Origin: Schizochytrium sp. TIO01
Lineage: Eukaryota > Protista > Bigyra: Labyrinthulomycetes
Direction: 5' to 3'
Assembly: GCA_004764695.1 (NCBI GenBank)
Contig: SMSO01000035.1
Span: forward strand, 1,116,001-1,180,000
Length of the DNA: 64,000 nucleotides
Made by a program: the position numbers and the translations under genes. The notes beneath the pieces are model-generated. The model searched no databases, was not told the DNA's origin, and saw only the letters and a list, made by a program, of their open reading frames with translations. Positions 57,163 through 64,000 of this stretch are shown piece by piece; position 1 is the first letter of the stretch; every line of letters starts with the position of its first letter.

Positions 57163-60100
57163 TCACTGAGTATTTTTTCGGGCAGACAAGGTGACTTTGT
57201 CCATTATACGGTATCCAGGCCAGTCTAGTGGGGCCTTGAAGTTGTACTGCTCCATGAATCGAAGAATGTAACCAGATGGACCATTCTCCTCAGCAGGAAA
57301 CATCTTGCACGCAGCCTCAAGCAGTGACTTAGCATCGCCCCAGTGACCAGCAAGATACACACCAACCCCCTTGCGGCAAATTGGTAAGAAGTGACGAGGA
57401 TACTCCCACTGCAAGGCACGCAACTCCAAGTCCGTGCGAAACGCAGACTTCTGTATTGTTGCAATATTCCGAGCATGATCAATGATTGGACTGGGACCAA
57501 TCAGCGAAATACGGCGATCGACAACGGTCTCCTCGTCTTGTTGTGAGCCATCTCCACGCAAACGAATAGAATCTAAACGCTTCTGTAAGCTGTCTAAATT
57601 GCAATCATACGTGTACAATGCAACCGGAGTATGCATTCCCTTGATCAGAACTTCGTCCACTTTGCGAGAGCACACTTTGGCATCATTGCCTAACAGATCA
57701 AAAAAGTCACCCGAAAACAGGATTGATAAACCGTACTGCCGGGTGATGTTCTCCAAGCGATTAGTTAAATTCACGTGAGGTGACAAATAAGAAGCATCAA
57801 TCTTCTGATTCGAGCCGATTGCGCCTTCAATTGCCCAGCCGATATGCAGACCAAAACCCAACTTCACCTTGAAGTCTGGAATCTCTGCACGAAAACGGGT
57901 GCCCACAGTCTTACTCTCTGTTGTGTAGCTTCGTAAATCTTGATTACGATATACCTCGATGGTAATTTTCAGAAAACTGATTAGCGCTTTCTCCGCGATT
58001 TGAGTCCATGTCTCAGACTCCGATGGGTTTCTCTTCCATACTACAAGAAAAGAGTCTCCCATGTTGCGATTAGCATTTCCGGAATATGAAGAAACCTGCG
58101 AATGTACAATGTTTGCAATCTCATTCACATACAGCATTATCTCTTCGCCCAGAATCTCCGTGGTTGACATGAAGTTGCGAATATCACAAAATCCAAAGAT
58201 TGCTTGCACCTTACGTCCAGGAATCATTGGGTCGAGCTCGCCCTCAGTATTCATATTCGAAGCAATGATTTCGGCACCCGCCTCACCGAAACCAACTTGC
58301 AGCAGACCGCCAATCTTCTTAATGGCATTTTCCAAGAGCTGCGTCTCGTAAGCAGAAGCAGCATCAGTTTTAGGTTTGCCATTCTTCTTTTCGTACGCTT
58401 CACGACTCGCTGCCAAAAGCCCGGTTGGATCATCCTCTTCCTCGTCATTCTCAAATGTTGTCAAGGGGTTCTCTGCAAGCTCCTCTACAATGCGAACCAT
58501 CTTTTCAATAGGGGCAATTACCAGCTTGTGAGCATCATAAGTGAAAATCATCGTTGCCACGCCAAAGATAAAGATGATAAAAATTGTCTGCACAATACTA
58601 CGCCATGCACTTTCGATCTCAAAGTCTCGATTGTCAAAATACCCTTCCGTATATGGTGCTGACTGAGTTGGATCATCATTTGCGTACAAATCGCCATAAT
58701 GCTCATCAACAATTTGGTCATGGAGACTCTCCGAGATTGAGCAATACACGCGCGCAGTGCGCTCCGCCGGGCTTGTGGCATTGTCACTATACACACTACA
58801 ATAGGACACACCAATTTGAAGCTCTGCGGTTCGCAGGGCCTCTCCAGCAGATACTTCACCATACAGATCAGTATACGACCCATTGAAGGCATTTAGTTCA
58901 CACTGAGGCTCCAAAATTGTATCGCAAGGCGTTGTTTTCAGGTATAAGAGTTTAGGAGAACCTTGAATAAAATCTTGCAAGGTCGCATTAAAAGCAGAGG
59001 CGGTGATGAGCCCCTTGTGCAAATTGATTCGCGCAATGTGAATGATGCCAACTGATGCCTCAAAACTATAATCAGTCTCATCCATATTAATTAACGGGAG
59101 CATGAAGAGAATGACAAGCACAACTACAATCACACGACGTGTTGTGAGATCAGCTAGCTTGGCTCCAACCTTGCTTTGTTGTTGCTCTCCCACAGGAACA
59201 GGGCGGCTGAGGTTTGAATGCCTCTGCGTAACAATACGTTTACGAATTAGATATTTGGATACGTAACGACCACTCTCCAATTTGCCTGGTTTCTTAATAC
59301 CACGCATGCGAACTTTTTCACGTTGACGTGCCACATATTCATAAAGTTTAAAAATTCTCAAAAGACGCACCAGTCGAAGGATACGAAGCATACGAGCTGC
59401 TCGAGCACCGGCACGAGACGCACGACCCGCTCTGGTTACAGTTAAACTATCTGCATCAGACCCAAATGAATCCACTCCAGCAACGACTAAGTCCCAGATC
59501 AACGGAATATCAGGAATCAAAGAAACCGTCGCAAGAACATCGAGCCAAAAAAAGAAACCATACTTGAACTCTGGGTCTACCACGGTCTTTGCAGCAATTT
59601 CTGCACAAAAAATGATGAGCGTGCCCAAAGTAATGTAACCAAACAATGCATCCGCGCTTGATGAAAACACAGCCAGTTTAAAGTCATCACCAAAAAGAGC
59701 AAAAATGGTGAGAAAAGCAACCAAACTTTGTGTCAAATTATTATCCATGAACTGCCGAATTCGTATGTGACTGACAGGAATTGCGTTCTGTGATTCATTT
59801 TCTTTGAGCTCCTTTGGACTCTTCTTAAGAAAGGATTTCGGTAGTACCTTGACATGATTGTCAAGCTTTTTATTGCCTTTAAGTTTCCCTGAGAGAATAC
59901 TCTTTCCAGAATTCCCAGGTGACATTGGTGACTTTTGGTCAATAACACTTTGAGCCGTACCCATTCGCGCATACTTTGCTCGTCTTCCGCATTTTGATAC
60001 CTCAATAAAGCCAATAGTTGAGGCTAGAGCTTGCTGAATGTACTGTTCTCGCGGTTCACCACTTCGAATCATAGACAGGAACGTATCGATCGCACCCGTG

Positions 60101-61533
60101 GCACTCAGTTCTTGAACTTGTGCAGTTAAATAATCATTATTACGAAAGGCAGCAGCAGTGCTACTGTCCCGATGTATAATAGGCATTTCGCTGTTGCTAC
60201 TTATTTGTGCATCAAACCTTGTATGGCCAAAAGACTCATCAAAGGCCCTACTGCGTTTGGAAAGTAGGTTGCGCAGCTGTGCGAAAACTTCACTTGAGCT
60301 TGCTTTCTGTTCTACTTGCACCTGCAACCTCTCAGACCACAATGCACGATTGAGGAAAAGGTTTGCCAGTGGTTCTTGCAGAGTTGGGCAATGCAATGTA
60401 AGGGGTACCCAAAGAGGAGCTGCGACAAAGTCTACAAGGTTTAATCCAAGTAGGCCTTGCACAAGCTCTGGTTCAGACTCTCCAACGCCTTTGTAAGTTT
60501 TAGACGAGAGCGCTGTCTGACGAACAAGGCGCTCTGCATAATCTTCAGGTCGACAGACTAAGCTCTGTTGCGTTGCCCGAAACGCACCTTGAGTCAGAAC
60601 GCGTTGCTGAATTACTGTGTCTGAGAATGGCTTAGCGGTGACACCATCTTCTGTCAAACTATCCCTGTGATTTCCATGAGACTTTGAGGGTTGAACGTCC
60701 GTGTTGCTCCCTTGATAAAGAGAGTTCTGATCATCGATTTCCAAAGCTTTGATGAGATCTAAATTTCGCGCGACAGACCAGTGACATGCAGGATCTGTTG
60801 CAGCTGCGCACCAGAACAAAACCTCCTGGAGGCCATGTTGAGCCTGTGGCGTTAGCTTACTAAGCCACGTAGATTTGTTTGCGTTAAGATATCGACGAAC
60901 ATCATCAAATGCATCGCTCTTCTTTTTTCGAATGATTATTGTAGCTAGGAGCATTGCAAGAGCTTGGATTTCGCGTAAATAGAGATATGGTTTGACAGCA
61001 TCAAATGAGCGTAGATTGGTCAAGAAGCAGGCCATAGCGTGCAGCGACCAAAGGCAAGTGTCATTGTTTCCAAGTTCCTCGATTGATTTCCTCAGAGCTC
61101 CTTCGTCGAGATTTTCAATGTGAATAGGGAATTCAAATTTGGCAATAATATCTGCCTCTGCTTGCTTGCCCGCCTTTTCGCGAATCTTAACTATATCATC
61201 AGACCATGAAAAAAGTGACCTCAACGAGGGAAGCCTCTCCGAAGTATTGAACAAAGTATTAGTCATGAGTACATGTTCTGTGAAGCGAACACATGCGTCC
61301 CCAAAATTTTCTTCAAGCCACTCTGAAGTCAAGCTATCGACTGCAATATCTCGCAGACCCTTTTCGGACCAAAAGTCGCGTAGGGCAAATTGTACAATTA
61401 GGTCTTGTTGCCCCTTCACAAGCTCGATGAGACGCTGCATCTCAACATTTGAACCATCACTTTCTCCATATTGAGCCGCGTAACTTTCTTTCCGAAGTGG
61501 AAATATGCGACGAGTTGTGACTCGTTTCATCAT
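57163..61533 (-). CDS. Voltage-sensor/ion-channel-like class III adenylyl cyclase with N-terminal degenerate PDE-like domain
   Basis: S1-S4 with Arg-rich S4 (RAGRASRAGARAARMLRILRLVRLLRIFKL), two further TM helices, APIEKM helix and LLQVGFGEAG. Cyclase motifs FCDIRNF, NMGDSF and GFGLHIGWAIEGAIGS..KIDASYLSPHVN..RLE. C-terminal TPR-like helix with DWPGYR. Confidence 0.92.
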   Translation of the reverse strand: MMKRVTTRRIFPLRKESYAAQYGESDGSNVEMQRLIELVKGQQDLIVQFALRDFWSEKGLRDIAVDSLTSEWLEENFGDACVRFTEHVLMTNTLFNTSERLPSLRSLFSWSDDIVKIREKAGKQAEADIIAKFEFPIHIENLDEGALRKSIEELGNNDTCLWSLHAMACFLTNLRSFDAVKPYLYLREIQALAMLLATIIIRKKKSDAFDDVRRYLNANKSTWLSKLTPQAQHGLQEVLFWCAAATDPACHWSVARNLDLIKALEIDDQNSLYQGSNTDVQPSKSHGNHRDSLTEDGVTAKPFSDTVIQQRVLTQGAFRATQQSLVCRPEDYAERLVRQTALSSKTYKGVGESEPELVQGLLGLNLVDFVAAPLWVPLTLHCPTLQEPLANLFLNRALWSERLQVQVEQKASSSEVFAQLRNLLSKRSRAFDESFGHTRFDAQISSNSEMPIIHRDSSTAAAFRNNDYLTAQVQELSATGAIDTFLSMIRSGEPREQYIQQALASTIGFIEVSKCGRRAKYARMGTAQSVIDQKSPMSPGNSGKSILSGKLKGNKKLDNHVKVLPKSFLKKSPKELKENESQNAIPVSHIRIRQFMDNNLTQSLVAFLTIFALFGDDFKLAVFSSSADALFGYITLGTLIIFCAEIAAKTVVDPEFKYGFFFWLDVLATVSLIPDIPLIWDLVVAGVDSFGSDADSLTVTRAGRASRAGARAARMLRILRLVRLLRIFKLYEYVARQREKVRMRGIKKPGKLESGRYVSKYLIRKRIVTQRHSNLSRPVPVGEQQQSKVGAKLADLTTRRVIVVVLVILFMLPLINMDETDYSFEASVGIIHIARINLHKGLITASAFNATLQDFIQGSPKLLYLKTTPCDTILEPQCELNAFNGSYTDLYGEVSAGEALRTAELQIGVSYCSVYSDNATSPAERTARVYCSISESLHDQIVDEHYGDLYANDDPTQSAPYTEGYFDNRDFEIESAWRSIVQTIFIIFIFGVATMIFTYDAHKLVIAPIEKMVRIVEELAENPLTTFENDEEEDDPTGLLAASREAYEKKNGKPKTDAASAYETQLLENAIKKIGGLLQVGFGEAGAEIIASNMNTEGELDPMIPGRKVQAIFGFCDIRNFMSTTEILGEEIMLYVNEIANIVHSQVSSYSGNANRNMGDSFLVVWKRNPSESETWTQIAEKALISFLKITIEVYRNQDLRSYTTESKTVGTRFRAEIPDFKVKLGFGLHIGWAIEGAIGSNQKIDASYLSPHVNLTNRLENITRQYGLSILFSGDFFDLLGNDAKVCSRKVDEVLIKGMHTPVALYTYDCNLDSLQKRLDSIRLRGDGSQQDEETVVDRRISLIGPSPIIDHARNIATIQKSAFRTDLELRALQWEYPRHFLPICRKGVGVYLAGHWGDAKSLLEAACKMFPAEENGPSGYILRFMEQYNFKAPLDWPGYRIMDKVTLSARKNTQ

Positions 61534-64000
61534 ACTTGCTTTTATGTGAAGGTCCGCACAAGCTCTCCGCTTGGAGAACAGCGAGAGTTTGAAGGTTTCT
61601 TCTGATCTTTGATCCTCCCACTTGGCAAACTCTCACTATAATAAACTTTACGGTATACTCCTTTTTCGGCTCCAGTTGTCGATCACGGTGCTCAGTAAAA
61701 TTCGTTTTGCGCGGAAGTTATCGAGACAGCAGAAAATAAATCTCAGTTGACCAAAACAAGAAGAATAGATGTATCAGCGTTGGAATTTGAACAAGACAGA
61801 GATCCTTAACTATCGCTTTCCTTGCTATGTTCCAATGCTTGCTCGAGGTTTCAGTCTTAAAGTAGTAAAGGTTGTTTCCTCCGAAAGGTCACACGTGTGG
61901 CGAAGTTTGGCTTGTGATATCTAACCACGTCAATTCAAGCACAGTCTTCGATCTGGCAAAGACTACAGTTGCCCTAAGTAGGCTCTCGCCTTTCCTCCCC
62001 TGCGTGTTTCGGTATACAGAAGAGCTCTGTGGAGCTCCCGAGCATGAAATGAGTCAGTCGTAAGACAGCACGAAACTATGGTACGCTGAGCTGCACACCG
62101 CCGCTCTTCTCCAAGGCACTCCTTGCTGATCTTTATTGCCTTCTCGCACGAACCATGCCCCTGCTAGACAATTTGCTCTGATGTGGCTTGCTCTTTTTCA
62201 AGACAAGTTAGGTAGGTGTGCGCGTCTCCTAAGTGTTCGTAGCACAGCGTACTGTATATTATAGCGTGTAAACTAAACTCCCTTCTCCTGGTATATATAA
62301 AGCACAGCCATTCGGTGGTGCGAGTTTGCTCTCTTTCTTAGCACTTCACGAAGCGAAATATTGTAGCAAAGCTGTAAGAAGAGTCGCTACCAGAATGTGG
62401 ATCTTTATTCAGATTACGCTCAGCTTTAGGATGATATCTAATCAGAATGGTACACCTACCAAACATTGGTTTTCTTTCCTCGGCCTGCGGCGTCCTTGTA
62501 AGCAGTAGCTTGCCTTTTGTGTTGTCAAGAAGCACTATGATTTTGCATCGTTTTCCTTTAATCTTTCTTTTGAGGGGTTGAAAAACGGATACATATCAAC
62601 GGTACTCTAAAATATTTCCACAACCCGTCCATCAATTTTTTTTTTCCTCCTTCTTTTCTCATATTTAATCGTCTTCTTTAAAGAAAGAAAAATTGTACCA
62701 CTGGACAGCTAAGGCTCGGCAGAACCTGCAGTTCGAATCACGTGTTCACCTTCTGAGAGTAATTTTCCGTAGACACATTGTCTTGCTTCGGCATTGGTGC
62801 GCAGTGATGCTTTTAGTGCATGTCCTGAGATTTTTCTTTTAATATCTATTTTTGTCTTGAAGTACGAAGGGCACGTGCCTGCTTGATTCTTTTTTAAGAT
62901 CAGAAAACACAAATCAGGAGGAGCACATCCTTACCACTACTAGTATGCATTCTGCATTTTGACTCATTCACGGCATCTGCCGACAGCGCAACGTCGATTC
63001 TACCACCAAACGTGCAAGTGGCGGTTAGAAGTTCTATCGGAACTGTTACAGATATCTTTGTTTTTTCTTTCGCTCAGGCAGCCTTTATTTTTTACGTATA
63101 TGTACCTAGTGTTGAAATAGATGAAGGATTCACCAATAGGTGTGAATATCTCTTTGGAAATATGTAACAATAGTATCTAGCTAGTACGCAAAGTCAAGAT
63201 TTTTACCACTACCCTAGTATCTTCCTTGGTGTAGCAGGTGAGTCTACCCTACTACCAGACTATAGTCATCCAAGGAGGAGTGTCTGTGAATTCTTTAACT
63301 TCAAGTTGGGTTTAATTCAATAAAGAAGGATTCAGAAAGAAGAAAAAACGTCACTGTAGTTCATTGTCTACTAGTTACTAGCGATTAAATCAGTCTTGAA
63401 AACCCCTTGTCGATCTGTACTAATTAGAGGCCAATACTAAAACTCCTTTTGCTAAGGTAATAACTAAAACAAAAGCATACGTCTCATAGCTCATCTCTCT
63501 CATTTTAAATACTTACTCGAATGTGAGCACAATTGTGCTTTTGGCTTGGAACTGTGCTTTTTCGGCGCCCTCGTAAATCAGGGGCTATGTGTATTCGTGG
63601 AATCTTTTACTTGGGCGACAAATGAATGCGCTTACTTCATTAATGTGGGTGAAAAAACTTAAACAAAATGGCTTATAACCTTTTGTAAACCAAGAGATTG
63701 CAATGAACTTATTGTAATAGGTCATTCCACCTTAGATACATATATGCTGTTACTTGAGTTTGGCATAAGTAAAAATATGTGTACGAATAGCTTCTAATAG
63801 AAGTGAGTGGGTGACACCTAAACTACTACTGTTACAGACATTCGACAATATATAATCAAGGGTAGCAACCAAGAACGTTTCAAAGAATTTGCAAATATTG
63901 TAGCTTAAAAGCACACTCCTTCTCTGGAGGACAAAATGACTCCCTGTTGATACCAGTAGAAATCGGACGGACATAAATAAGGGTAATCTCAAAGGATTTC

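Noticed and set aside
9373-61533. A Ca2+/cAMP signalling cluster (EF-hand giant, NCKX, voltage-sensor cyclase) or a mitochondrial cluster (ABCB10, LYR, TACO1)
   Set aside because: The genes are dispersed among unrelated housekeeping genes on both strands. There is no evidence of co-regulation without synteny data.

Overview
Eukaryotic nuclear DNA with few, short GT-AG introns, long single-exon ORFs and microsatellite-rich intergenic regions. The gene content and style fit a stramenopile protist, probably a thraustochytrid (inference, not verified). About 20 protein-coding genes are supported. Housekeeping genes: mitochondrial ABCB10/MDL1-type half transporter, N-myristoyltransferase, LYR-motif protein, TACO1/YebC, RPB12, homoserine kinase and an NCKX exchanger. 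Also present: two ankyrin proteins, a tandem DH-PH/PDZ RhoGEF and several hypothetical proteins. Four genes needed manual splicing, because the ORF track splits or truncates them. Two unusual signalling proteins stand out. (1) A ~1990-aa protein (9373-15342) appears to combine SAM, a bacterial-style beta-sandwich+TIR-like module, Tudor-like barrels, EF-hands and an IQ motif. (2) A voltage-sensor/adenylyl-cyclase fusion (57163-61533) carries an N-terminal phosphodiesterase-like domain that looks catalytically dead, and an Arg in place of the usual ATP-specifying Lys. Other observations: a candidate DASH subunit Dad2, a perfect (GTTT)65 microsatellite, a 42-bp minisatellite and several decayed relics. 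No rRNA, convincing tRNA or CRISPR array was seen. All domain calls come from reading motifs by eye, not from database searches.
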